Virus record (IMG/VR): IMGVR_UViG_3300005617_000008
Coordinates: 2,917-66,916 of that record
Length of the DNA stretch: 64,000 nucleotides
From: a virus
Reading direction: 5' to 3' (one strand)
The notes beneath the pieces were generated by a model, which ran no database searches, was not told the origin of the DNA, and saw only the letters and a list, made by a program, of their open reading frames with translations. The position numbers and the translations under genes were made by a program. Shown piece after piece: positions 18,021-26,952 of this stretch. Position 1 is the first letter of the stretch, and the number at the start of each line of letters is the position of its first letter.

Positions 18021-18467
18021 ATGGCAGAAGTTTTAGAAACGGGTGCGTCTTACGTGGTGGGCTTTATGTTCAGTCCGTCAGAGATGACTGTCCTGCTAAT
18101 CAATAAGAATCGTCCAACGTGGCAAAAGGGAAAACTCAACGGCATTGGCGGACGTGTCGAGAATGGCGAGACGGCGGCACAGGCAATGCGGCGTGAGTGT
18201 ATTGAGGAAGTTGGACTGGACGTTGATTCGTGGCGACAGTTCTGCACGTTGAGTGATGAGCGCGGCTGGAAGATTCACTTTCTGTCAGCGGTTGGCCCAG
18301 TGATGAACGCAAGCGCAATGACTGATGAGAAACCGGAGGTCGTGCAAGTCCACGCGCTCCCGTTCAACGTCATCCCGAATTTGAAGTGGCTGATTCCAAT
18401 GGCCCTCAGCATGAGATTTGAACGAATTTCCGGCTTTGATATCAGGGAAGTTGCGGGCCGGATTTGA
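18021..18467 (+). CDS. NUDIX hydrolase
   Basis: GGRVENGETAAQAMRRECIEEVGL Nudix box. Confidence 0.9.
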   Translation: MAEVLETGASYVVGFMFSPSEMTVLLINKNRPTWQKGKLNGIGGRVENGETAAQAMRRECIEEVGLDVDSWRQFCTLSDERGWKIHFLSAVGPVMNASAMTDEKPEVVQVHALPFNVIPNLKWLIPMALSMRFERISGFDIREVAGRI

Positions 18468-18644
18468 GTGAGCGGAGGATGAAGTGAGCAAGACTAAGAA
18501 GATGTACGTTGCCAGCGACGTAGAGATCTACGGACTGCTGAAATCTTTAGTAGAAGACGAAGGCTACGACATTCATGCTGCGGCTGATCGGCTGCGAGGT
18601 GAGATCGATGAGGCCGAAATTGAATACGAGAACAAGGACGACGA

Positions 18645-18863
18645 ATGACTCCCACCCCTTCACCAAAGCTCGGCATTGCAATCGACTACAGTGAATGGCG
18701 GTTGCTGCTGCGAGAGTTTATCGACGAAGTCGCCGGAGCCGATGCAGATCTCAAAGTCACGATGGAATGGACAATGGAGACGTGGTTGCAGTGGCTGAAG
18801 AGGAAGCGCGAATCACCCACTGACAACAACATCCTAACATTCAGAATTGAGAAGTTCCAATGA
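18645..18863 (+). CDS. Hypothetical protein
   Basis: ORF track; stop codon abuts the tnpB element. Confidence 0.5.
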   Translation: MTPTPSPKLGIAIDYSEWRLLLREFIDEVAGADADLKVTMEWTMETWLQWLKRKRESPTDNNILTFRIEKFQ

Positions 18864-20017
18864 TTGAAAAGCAATCTTCTCAGGCTACGCACGAGATTAA
18901 ATCCTCTACGTTAACGCCTGAAGCCGCTCGGCACGGCTAAGAATAACTTGAGCACTGACATGATCACGATCAGCAGACAGTCCGCAGTTAAGACACAGAT
19001 GCCAGCGTTGGCTCAATGTCTTTTTAACATCGACCCCACAAGTACAAGTCTGCGACGTGCCGCGAGGATCTACTTTCACCAGCACTCTACCAGCGTCCTC
19101 CGCTTTGTAGGTAAGCATATAAAGAAAGTTAGACCATCCAGCATCACGCACAAATTTGGCAAGCCTTCCCGCCGCCAGTCCCTTTACGTTCAGAGCTTCA
19201 ATAGCAATCAGTCCGTATTGATTGACAATCTTTCGCGATTCTCTGTGATGAAAGTCGCCCCTCTGGTTACGAACATTACCGTGAAAGCGTTGGAGCGTCA
19301 ACGCCGCTTTTCGCCTGCGATTCGATCCTTTCTTTCGGCGCGCAACTTGACGTTGCAAGCGTCTGAGCTTAGCTTGCGAGACTTGATACCATCGTGGATT
19401 GTTAATAGTCGTGCCGTTGCTCAGCGTGGCGAAAGAAGACAATCCGACATCTACGCCGATAGTCGCGGGACTGAACGGCAACGGTTCCGGCTCATACGCG
19501 ACTGCAAAAATAGCAAACCATCGATCTGCCTCTCGTTTTACTGTGAGAGTTTTAATCTTTCCTGTGAGCGGTCTTGTCAGGCGGATCTTAACCATTCCGA
19601 TTTTCGACAATCTCAACTTACCGCCCTGCAACGGATCTCTGACTTGTCGGAACGTAAGACTGTCGTATCTACGTATGGAGCGAAAGCGCGGATAGCCGCA
19701 TTTTTCTCTACGCTTTACTCTCCGAAAAAACGCCCTGAACGCCAGATCGACGCGCTTCAAAACATTCTCCAGCACGTTTGCATTTACCGTTCCTACGTCG
19801 TCTCTGTCCTTTTTAATAACAGTCAACTGCAAGGTCTGATCGTAGTAGGAAATGAATTTGCGATTAATCTTCCACGCGTCACGTCGTTCCTGAAGTGCGG
19901 CGTTATACAGTTCAGCGCACAAAGCAAGCGAGCTATCGAGAATGGCTTGCTGTCTTTTAGTTGGGTAAATCCGGTAACGGAAGGACTTGATCACCGTGAC
20001 ATTATATACCAAAACAT
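18864..20017 (-). mobile_element. Solo IS200/IS605-family (IS1341-like) tnpB element without tnpA
   Basis: Minus-strand TCAA at both junctions (18864-67 internal, 20018-21 flank); removal restores stop-RBS-ATG spacing. Confidence 0.7.
18906..19994 (-). CDS. tnpB: RNA-guided endonuclease TnpB
   Basis: KSFRYRIYPT, GVDVGL (D), IAIEAL (E), TSQTC..CG..CLNCG..DRD (Zn finger, D). Confidence 0.95.
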   Translation of the reverse strand: MIKSFRYRIYPTKRQQAILDSSLALCAELYNAALQERRDAWKINRKFISYYDQTLQLTVIKKDRDDVGTVNANVLENVLKRVDLAFRAFFRRVKRREKCGYPRFRSIRRYDSLTFRQVRDPLQGGKLRLSKIGMVKIRLTRPLTGKIKTLTVKREADRWFAIFAVAYEPEPLPFSPATIGVDVGLSSFATLSNGTTINNPRWYQVSQAKLRRLQRQVARRKKGSNRRRKAALTLQRFHGNVRNQRGDFHHRESRKIVNQYGLIAIEALNVKGLAAGRLAKFVRDAGWSNFLYMLTYKAEDAGRVLVKVDPRGTSQTCTCGVDVKKTLSQRWHLCLNCGLSADRDHVSAQVILSRAERLQALT

Positions 20018-20035
20018 TTGAGAAAGGAGCAGCGC

Positions 20036-20293
20036 ATGTTCCAGATGACAAGAGACGGCTTCAGGACTAAGACAGGCAAGCCCGTGCGGATGAAAGTCAC
20101 TCTGACAGTTGAAGCTGGATCGCAGTCAGATCTAGAGAAGGCACTGGACGAAGCGGTTCAACTTGGCAAGCAGCGCTACATGGGCATCTCGTATCACTGG
20201 AAACGGAAAGGGGGAGCGCGGGTGAGTTGCCGGACGGCTAGAGCACGAATTGAGAAGGGAGCGGGGAATGGGACGACGAAGATCGAAGGATAG
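20036..20293 (+). CDS. Hypothetical protein
   Basis: RBS AAAGGAG; MFQMTR. Confidence 0.55.
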   Translation: MFQMTRDGFRTKTGKPVRMKVTLTVEAGSQSDLEKALDEAVQLGKQRYMGISYHWKRKGGARVSCRTARARIEKGAGNGTTKIEG

Positions 20294-20828
20294 GCAAATT
20301 TTAGAAGAGGCGTGGCAGCGATTCGAAGCCTCGGCAGAAGAGGTCAGCAAACTAGAGACGCAACTGGCCATTGCCAAAGCCACGAGCAGCGCTCATCAGC
20401 AGGCGTATAACGCATTAGCGCAGTCTCTCGCCCCGCAACCACGCCAGAGTGCGGGGACGGCGACAACTAACAGCGGGATGGCACGTGCCATGAAGGACAG
20501 TCTGAGTCGCGCGGCGAAGTCTACGTCGAAGAAGTCGTCGTCGAGCACGAAGAAGCGGGCGGAGCTGTCTGCGACGAACGTTACGGCACAGGGCTGTTTG
20601 TATAGGTTCGACATCGACGGTGGTAAGACCTGCGGCAGCACCGAGGACAGTGGTATTCACGATCCGGCTATGGGCTACAGTGGCTACCACCCTTTCGTCT
20701 CTCCTGCTCGCAATGCTCAACCCCCATCATCAACGAGCGGCGCGGGAGCGTCTACTATTCCCAATTCCGAGGCCGTGACGGCGAGTGCGCAAGGTGCAGC
20801 GGGAGGTTCAAGTGAGCGAGGTAATTAA
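20268..20828 (+). CDS. Coiled-coil, Ser/Thr/Lys-rich low-complexity protein
   Basis: ORF track. Confidence 0.55.
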   Translation: MGRRRSKDRQILEEAWQRFEASAEEVSKLETQLAIAKATSSAHQQAYNALAQSLAPQPRQSAGTATTNSGMARAMKDSLSRAAKSTSKKSSSSTKKRAELSATNVTAQGCLYRFDIDGGKTCGSTEDSGIHDPAMGYSGYHPFVSPARNAQPPSSTSGAGASTIPNSEAVTASAQGAAGGSSERGN

Positions 20829-21261
20829 TCAGTTCCGGGGTGAATACCGATTCCTGTCAAACTTCTACCTCTGTCCAATTGTCTTTGACGGCGATCTGTA
20901 TCCATCAGTGGAGCACGCCTTTCAAGCGGCCAAGTCTCTCGACCCCGCCGAGCGCAAGACCGTGCGACTCTGCGTTAAACCCGGAGACGCCAAGCGTGCT
21001 GGACGTAAGGTAAAGAAGCGCGATGATTGGGACGATATTCGAGTCAGCGTAATGCGCGAATTGCTTTACCAGAAATTCAATGGAGGTCCGTTACGTCAAC
21101 AGCTACTGAACACAGGAGCTGCTGAATTGATCGAGGGCAACGACTGGGGTGATGTGTTTTGGGGCGTTTGTCGCGGGCGTGGCGAGAACTGGCTAGGAAA
21201 GTTGCTGATGGAAGTGCGCACGACTGCCCACGCAGTAGCGGGAGGTCCGGATGACAGCTAA
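20812..21261 (+). CDS. NADAR-family protein
   Basis: FRGEYRFLSNFY, YPSVEHAFQAAK, AKRAGR, KF...LR..LL.TG..ELIEGN.WGD.FWG, NWLGKLLMEVR. Confidence 0.9.
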   Translation: MSEVINQFRGEYRFLSNFYLCPIVFDGDLYPSVEHAFQAAKSLDPAERKTVRLCVKPGDAKRAGRKVKKRDDWDDIRVSVMRELLYQKFNGGPLRQQLLNTGAAELIEGNDWGDVFWGVCRGRGENWLGKLLMEVRTTAHAVAGGPDDS

Positions 21262-21574
21262 GTTGATGATTATCCCTGCCGATCTAAAGCTGCCCGCTAA
21301 GCTCCGAAAGAAAATTCAGGACGGCGGCTACATCATCGTGCCAGAGGATCGAGAGAAAAGTATTCGCGTCATCGATCCGCTACCGGACTTGTCTATTGGG
21401 GATGATGGTGAATCGCTGTGGTTGATTCAGAACTTGCTTGAATTAGTGTTAACTGACAGTTACAGCAGCCTGCCAAAGAAGCTCGGCGAACGGCTGGTGA
21501 ATCGGGTCAAAGCAAAGGTCCAAGCCGCAGCGGAAGCTAAACAACTTAACGACGGCAGTGACGACATTAGCTGA
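21251..21574 (+). CDS. Hypothetical protein
   Basis: ORF track. Confidence 0.55.
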   Translation: MTAKLMIIPADLKLPAKLRKKIQDGGYIIVPEDREKSIRVIDPLPDLSIGDDGESLWLIQNLLELVLTDSYSSLPKKLGERLVNRVKAKVQAAAEAKQLNDGSDDIS

Positions 21575-21585
21575 AGGAGAGAGCG

Positions 21586-21738
21586 ATGACGACAACTTTA
21601 CCCGATGGCCTCTACCGCGTCTCTACTCGCTACCTCTGTGGCGGATTCGTAGTTGAACACGGTCAGGTGACGATGTGTGCTCCGATCCTGCGCGGGAAGT
21701 TGTCATACTGGATAACAGTGGCGGTGAAAGTTAACTAA
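21586..21738 (+). CDS. Small hypothetical protein
   Basis: RBS AAGGAG; MTTTLPDGLYRV. Confidence 0.5.
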   Translation: MTTTLPDGLYRVSTRYLCGGFVVEHGQVTMCAPILRGKLSYWITVAVKVN

Positions 21739-21945
21739 ATGGGAATTATAACTAAAGTCGTACCATTTGACTGTCCGTGCGGCTGGCCTGCCGAGATCGC
21801 GCACACGCGCCACCAACCTCCACGAACATGGGTGCGTTGTTCACGTCGCGCTCGGTGTAAACAGCAACCAGATTGCTGTGAATGGCTGGAGGAGTCTGAG
21901 GCTATTCAAGAATGGAATGAATCAGTCTTGGCCGATTCGCAATGA
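21739..21945 (+). CDS. Lar-like zinc-binding protein
   Basis: PFDCPCG...WVRCS...EAIQEWN. Confidence 0.45.
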   Translation: MGIITKVVPFDCPCGWPAEIAHTRHQPPRTWVRCSRRARCKQQPDCCEWLEESEAIQEWNESVLADSQ

Positions 21946-22232
21946 CCACCCAACTCTCCGACGCACGCGGCTACGTTGGTATTCGCTGCCCTGAGTGCGG
22001 GAATGTGCGCGCGTCGGTACTAGATACAAAGATGCGCGAAGGTGGCGCAGCTCGTCGCCGACGTAACGAGTGCAGAGAGTGCAAGTTTCGCTACACGACT
22101 TATGAAGTACTCGCGGAGGAGTACGAGAAGATGCTGGCAATGCGAGTGGATGCGAAGGTGTTCGAGTCAGTGATTAGTCAACTACGCGCAATCAAGGCTC
22201 AGTTCGGAGGCTCTAATGGAAGGGGATTGTAA
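21942..22232 (+). CDS. NrdR-like zinc-ribbon protein (no ATP cone)
   Basis: IRCPECG..VLDT..RRRRNECRECKFRYTTYE. Confidence 0.7.
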   Translation: MTTQLSDARGYVGIRCPECGNVRASVLDTKMREGGAARRRRNECRECKFRYTTYEVLAEEYEKMLAMRVDAKVFESVISQLRAIKAQFGGSNGRGL

Positions 22233-22534
22233 TGGCTCACACTTGTCACGCAATAGCTTGTGAGAATCCAGTTAGACCTGAAATGTTGATGTGCCGGACT
22301 CACTGGTTTATGGTTCCGCTTAAACTGCGTAATCGCGTCTGGGCTACCTACCGCGACGGGCAGTGTAACACCTTCGATCCGTCATCCGCATATTGTCAGG
22401 CAGCGAAAGCGGCGGTGATTGCGGTAGCCGAGCGTGAAGGACGACAGATCGATCCAAAAGATTCAAAGCTTCTGGTTTACGACATGGTTCAAGTATCTGA
22501 CGACGAGGACTTCAATGACATCAACAGCTGCTAA
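22232..22534 (+). CDS. Conserved Cys/His-rich phage protein
   Basis: HTCHAIAC..LMCRTHWFMVP..LR.RVW. Confidence 0.6.
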   Translation: MAHTCHAIACENPVRPEMLMCRTHWFMVPLKLRNRVWATYRDGQCNTFDPSSAYCQAAKAAVIAVAEREGRQIDPKDSKLLVYDMVQVSDDEDFNDINSC

Positions 22535-22718
22535 AACTGAATACGACTTCCTGCTGGGATTCTACTTGCACCTGGCGGTGTTCGATCCATTTACTTCGAC
22601 ATTCAAATTCCTCACTCCATTAGAGCGACAAGAGATCATGCTGACGATCTCGGTGTTGCAGAGGAAGCTGTGTGAGATTATGCCGAAAGTGCAGGATCGT
22701 GAATTAACGAGGAAATAA
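22515..22718 (+). CDS. Hypothetical protein
   Basis: MTSTAAK start. Confidence 0.45.
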   Translation: MTSTAAKTEYDFLLGFYLHLAVFDPFTSTFKFLTPLERQEIMLTISVLQRKLCEIMPKVQDRELTRK

Positions 22719-22719
22719 C

Positions 22720-23274
22720 ATGAGATACTTTTACGATACTGAATTTATCGAAGACGGCCATACGATAGACCTGATAAGTATTGGCGTCGCTGCCGAGGAT
22801 GGACGCACTTACTACGCTATTAGCACCGGATTTAACTCTAAGAAGGCGAGCGCATGGGTTCAGGCAAATGTATTGGTTCACCTGCCGCCGAGATATGTCA
22901 ACTTCTCCGACGTGAGCGTATCGGCACGCCTGAAAGAAGAAAGCCGCGCATGGCGTAACCGTGTCGATATTCGCGAAGACTTGCGGCGTTTCATCGGCGA
23001 CGACCCCAAGCCTGAATTTTGGGGTTACTACGCTGACTATGATCATGTGGTTCTTTGCCAGCTATTCGGACGAATGATTGACCTACCAAAAGGCTGGCCT
23101 ATGTACACACGAGACTTGAAACAATGGTGCGATCAGCTTGGTAATCCACAGTTGCCAGGGCAGGCTGAAGATGAACATCATGCACTTGCTGATGCGAAAT
23201 GGAATAAGCGCGTCTTTGACTTTCTCGAAAGCTATCAAGGCGGGTTATTCCAAACCAAAGGAGGAGAGAGTTAG
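22720..23274 (+). CDS. DEDDh 3'-5' exo(ribo)nuclease (Rv2179c-like)
   Basis: YFYDTEFIEDG, LISIG, WGYYADYDHV, HHALADAKW. Confidence 0.85.
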   Translation: MRYFYDTEFIEDGHTIDLISIGVAAEDGRTYYAISTGFNSKKASAWVQANVLVHLPPRYVNFSDVSVSARLKEESRAWRNRVDIREDLRRFIGDDPKPEFWGYYADYDHVVLCQLFGRMIDLPKGWPMYTRDLKQWCDQLGNPQLPGQAEDEHHALADAKWNKRVFDFLESYQGGLFQTKGGES

Positions 23275-23298
23275 TTTTTGAGTTAAACTGAGAACCCA

Positions 23299-23340
23299 AG
23301 AGAGACGCTCACTCGATTGCTTGGGAGGGCGTCTCTTCTC
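23299..23340 (+). terminator. Hairpin, probable terminator of the middle operon
   Basis: AGAGACGC/GCGTCTCT stem followed by TCTC. Confidence 0.45.
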
Positions 23341-23378
23341 GCAATACTCGAATTTGTACCAATGGAGGGTAACGGCAA

Positions 23379-23630
23379 ATGAAAGCGATCACGCTCTGTT
23401 CAATCGTAACTTTCATACTCGTACTGCTTCTCTACGCGCTCGTCTTTCATCGCAATCCACTAAACCGGATCGGATTCGCACTATTCCTAAGCCTGCTCCC
23501 GGCGGTTCTCGCGTTGATCGTCGTGCGACTCTACTGCTTCTCATCACGAGGCGCTGCGATGACTTACATAGTCCTGCTATTGATGACGATTGCGATTCAA
23601 GGATGGTTACGGCAGGAGATTGCTTGGTAA
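23379..23630 (+). CDS. Small three-TM membrane protein (moron-like)
   Basis: Three hydrophobic segments; RBS GGAGGG. Confidence 0.6.
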   Translation: MKAITLCSIVTFILVLLLYALVFHRNPLNRIGFALFLSLLPAVLALIVVRLYCFSSRGAAMTYIVLLLMTIAIQGWLRQEIAW

Positions 23631-23663
23631 GGACATCTTTCCTAATCGACTGAGGAGATTGAA

Positions 23664-23915
23664 ATGTGCTACGGATATCGAGAATTGAGCAGTGCTGATG
23701 TTAAGGTTCGTAAGCCGCATTTGTGCGCGTGGTGTGCCGAGAGAATTCTCAAGTCAGCTTCGGCCCGTGCTCGCTCTTACGTGTTCGATGGTGAACTAAT
23801 CTCTGACTGGATGCATCCTGAGTGCTTTGACGCGATGGGCGAGGCGGAGCATGATGTGATTTGCGACGGCTGGATGCCGGGAGATTTTCCGCGAGGTGCT
23901 GTTTGTGAAACCTGA
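23664..23915 (+). CDS. Zn-binding hypothetical protein
   Basis: VRKPHLCAWC...HPEC. Confidence 0.55.
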   Translation: MCYGYRELSSADVKVRKPHLCAWCAERILKSASARARSYVFDGELISDWMHPECFDAMGEAEHDVICDGWMPGDFPRGAVCET

Positions 23916-24155
23916 GTCGGTGAAGCGTAGTGATACCCCTAGCTCTTTACTAGCGAGCGCGATTATGAATTTCCTCGAGGATGCGAACGACACCCTCTGG
24001 CTCTGCTGGGCCTGTGGAGATCTCGATCAACTTAGCGAGGACGGGTTATGTCGCAGATGCAAGCCTGAGCCAGTAGCGGAGTTTCATCAAATCTGTGTAC
24101 GTGTATTAGCTGGTGAGGTGAGGGCGGCGAAACGGGTGTGGGTGATTGGGTGAGC

Positions 24156-24590
24156 CTATTCGGGCTTAGCTGGCTTATCCATCGAGATATACTCATCTTT
24201 CAGATTCTTCATCTCAATAAACGACATTTGACGCCGGATCTGGTAGTTGTCAAGGCGGGCCTGCACGGTTAGTTGTCCGTTTTCTGCCCTAGACTCTTTC
24301 AATTCACCTTGTAAATCAAAGGCGCGAGATTCCCAATGATCTCTTTCAGCCTGGAGTCTCTCTGCCCGTGCTAACGCGGATGCCGCTGCCTGAATCAGTG
24401 ATAAATTTGTATTGGCATCGATTTGGCGACTCTCAGCGCTGGTTTTATCGGCCTGCGCGATGAGATGGACTATCTCCGCACTCTCTTTCCGGCGACCCTT
24501 GATCCATCCCCCAGCCCAACCGAGAATTCCAGCTAACGCCGCATAGAGCAGCGTTATTAGATCGCGTGGGATGAGGGTATCCAAAGACAT
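24156..24590 (-). CDS. Membrane-anchored coiled-coil protein (lysis-module type)
   Basis: N-terminal TM, long coiled coil. Confidence 0.6.
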   Translation of the reverse strand: MSLDTLIPRDLITLLYAALAGILGWAGGWIKGRRKESAEIVHLIAQADKTSAESRQIDANTNLSLIQAAASALARAERLQAERDHWESRAFDLQGELKESRAENGQLTVQARLDNYQIRRQMSFIEMKNLKDEYISMDKPAKPE

Positions 24591-24619
24591 CGTGAGTCAT
24601 TTTCGATCCACTGCTCAAT

Positions 24620-25108
24620 TCAGTGTAGTTGATTTATCTTTTCAAGATAACGCGCGAGTGTCTGCTGTTCCCTTTCTTCTTTCTTGCGATCTTTAACAAC
24701 TAACGACATTGTGGGCTTATTCCACCGAACAGGCCGACCAGAACGCGGAAAGACCACCGCCCCAATCTCAGCAGAATCTTTAGGTATACTCCGGTTCTTA
24801 TAAATCGGTTTATAGCCGTCGAATTCGTCTACACACGCTAGGTCGGCACAGTCACGGTCATCGAAGTAGCCTCCATTTTCAAACCATGAGAAGGTTGTTG
24901 TGACGCGGCCTTTTTCGTCTGAGGTGACGTTTGCTTGCTTGGCGCGAGGGATGCGAAAGTACTTGAATGAGAATCGCTGGAACGGTACGTAGACACGATC
25001 GTAGTAAAAGTGAACCCACCACGGCTCACGCGGATCGGGCCGATCTTTCCATTGGATTACCAGATAACCAATATCAGGTGAAGATTCTGGTATTCGTTCT
25101 GGCTGCAT
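24620..25108 (-). CDS. Hypothetical protein
   Basis: ORF track. Confidence 0.55.
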   Translation of the reverse strand: MQPERIPESSPDIGYLVIQWKDRPDPREPWWVHFYYDRVYVPFQRFSFKYFRIPRAKQANVTSDEKGRVTTTFSWFENGGYFDDRDCADLACVDEFDGYKPIYKNRSIPKDSAEIGAVVFPRSGRPVRWNKPTMSLVVKDRKKEEREQQTLARYLEKINQLH

Positions 25109-25117
25109 AATTGTCCT

Positions 25118-25264
25118 CTATGGATGAGGTGGCGAAGGGTCTTGGCGTCCAGGCTGATCAACATCACCCTCAGGCTTTACAGGCGGCTTACTTGGATCAG
25201 GTCGCTCGGGTTGTGGTTGCGCGGGTTTTTTCGGCTCATCCTCATCGCGTCTCTTGTCTGCCAT
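25118..25264 (-). CDS. Small Pro-rich peptide
   Basis: RBS GGAG; MADKRRDEDEPKKP. Confidence 0.45.
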   Translation of the reverse strand: MADKRRDEDEPKKPAQPQPERPDPSKPPVKPEGDVDQPGRQDPSPPHP

Positions 25265-25366
25265 TTGTGTTCTCCAGTCTAAATCGTGACCTACTTCACG
25301 CATCACACTCTCTCCCCGGTTGACTGCGTTAGTATCACGGGGGAGTGGTAATTTGATTGCGACAAC

Positions 25367-25828
25367 CTAATGCCCCGCTTGCTCACCCTTCCGCATCGCG
25401 GTAACTAAATCCCCGCCAATCTCAAATCTGACATGAATCAAGGTCAGAATATCAAGCGCGTATTTCTTACGCATTGGACTAGTATCGTTCTCTGCCACGT
25501 CTCGCAACATTGATTTCAGTTTCTCAAGGTCCTTCTCACTCTGTATCTCGTCTCGCTGAAACTTCTCCAGCAGCTCGTCTAACTCTTTGGTATGAGGTGA
25601 ATGAAGTGCTTGTGCTGACGAAAAACTCACCCCTTTCCAGAACACCTCAACTTGCTTCTTGAGCACGAGCAGTTCAGCGTGCATTTCGTTGACTGCTTCC
25701 GGTAAGTCCTTGAATGGAGCAACTGAGTCACTAATTTGCTTACTCCAGTCTCCCTGCCTCTCTCGCTTACGTTGGTAGAGTGTATTCACGACTGACAAAG
25801 CCAGCGCGATCAACCCGACATATGGCAA
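25367..25828 (-). CDS. Single-TM protein, holin/antiholin-like
   Basis: N-terminal TM followed by a coiled coil. Confidence 0.55.
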   Translation of the reverse strand: MPYVGLIALALSVVNTLYQRKRERQGDWSKQISDSVAPFKDLPEAVNEMHAELLVLKKQVEVFWKGVSFSSAQALHSPHTKELDELLEKFQRDEIQSEKDLEKLKSMLRDVAENDTSPMRKKYALDILTLIHVRFEIGGDLVTAMRKGEQAGH

Positions 25829-25836
25829 CAGTTCTC

Positions 25837-26277
25837 TCAGTCTTCAACTCTCCGCACCGTAGCTTCAATTAGTGTTTCGTTTGTGTCGGTGTTGTAGATC
25901 AGGTTAATCACCACTGGGAATTCATGGCCCTTTTTGTGTCGTCCTTTCAACACACTGCCCGCGTTCATCGGCCTGTTACGTGGATGCTTCACGTAGCCCT
26001 CACGAAACCCTTTATGCTTGGTCCTGACTGATTCCGGCACCAGCATGTCAACACTCTGCCCAATCAACTCGCTTGGATGGTAGCCGAAAGTCGCGCAAAC
26101 TTCCTCGTTGACTGCGATGATCCTTTCTCCATCTGAAATGATTTTCGCATCGCTGGATCGCATCCATGACTTGAATAGAAACGAGTAGCTAAGAAAGGGT
26201 CGCGCTGCCGTCTCCAGTAGCGCGTCAGTGGTTGCCGATTCATTCATCGACGTATGGGGGGATTCCTCGTCGGGCAT
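25837..26277 (-). CDS. Stand-alone PAS domain protein (FixL-like)
   Basis: N...FGYHPSELIGQSVDMLVPE..R.KH...GRHKKGHEFPV. Confidence 0.85.
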   Translation of the reverse strand: MPDEESPHTSMNESATTDALLETAARPFLSYSFLFKSWMRSSDAKIISDGERIIAVNEEVCATFGYHPSELIGQSVDMLVPESVRTKHKGFREGYVKHPRNRPMNAGSVLKGRHKKGHEFPVVINLIYNTDTNETLIEATVRRVED

Positions 26278-26385
26278 TGTCGTTAAAGGCTTACAATCGC
26301 GGCTTCCCAAACAGCCCGCGTATCCAGTCTCTCAGCGTTACAATCCAGTACCAGAACGTTATCCATGCTTTGATGAGCCAGTCTC

Positions 26386-26853
26386 TCAACTTCTGCCCGC
26401 CGAGGCGTTTTCGTTAATGAATAGAGCCTTCAGATTATCGTTCGGCTCTTCATCGCTCTCAATCGCTGCGTTAAATGCCGCGAAGTCACGATCCGATACG
26501 TAGAGCATTGATAGTTGTTGCTGTGGGCTCCAATTGGAAGGTGGGGGCTCAACGTCGCTAGTCCATTTCATGCCGCCCTCTATCCATTCTCGACGCAATT
26601 CCTCATGAGTCTTACTGAAATCGTCATAGCCGAACTCGTTAAAACAACAAGGGCAAATGTCGTATGATAATCTTAAGTGTTCGCGCGGCGCTGTCCACTT
26701 GTCATACATAAGATTGCAGACAGGGCACGGATAGCTGTAACGCGGACGGTCTACGCCACTCGTAAAGCGACCGCTCGCGCGACTAATACTCAGCACAACA
26801 ACGAATCCTATGCCGAGACAGAGCAGGAAGATGGATAGGTCAAACATCGTCAT
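26386..26853 (-). CDS. TM + CPCC Cys-rich domain + DUF1778-like tail
   Basis: YPCPVC, ICPCCFNEFGYDD, SDRDFAAFNAAIE..EPNDNLKALF. Confidence 0.6.
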   Translation of the reverse strand: MTMFDLSIFLLCLGIGFVVVLSISRASGRFTSGVDRPRYSYPCPVCNLMYDKWTAPREHLRLSYDICPCCFNEFGYDDFSKTHEELRREWIEGGMKWTSDVEPPPSNWSPQQQLSMLYVSDRDFAAFNAAIESDEEPNDNLKALFINENASAGRS

Positions 26854-26952
26854 TTAACTCCGCAGCACCCTTCAGTGCCGATTTGCAAATGCCCCATAAT
26901 CCGCAAATCAAGGGTAAACAGGTCAATCTGATGAGCGCTGCGAATTCTTTGG

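Noticed and set aside
18948-20021. 357-aa ORF antisense to tnpB
   Set aside because: No ATG/RBS or recognisable motif; best explained as a shadow of the tnpB frame
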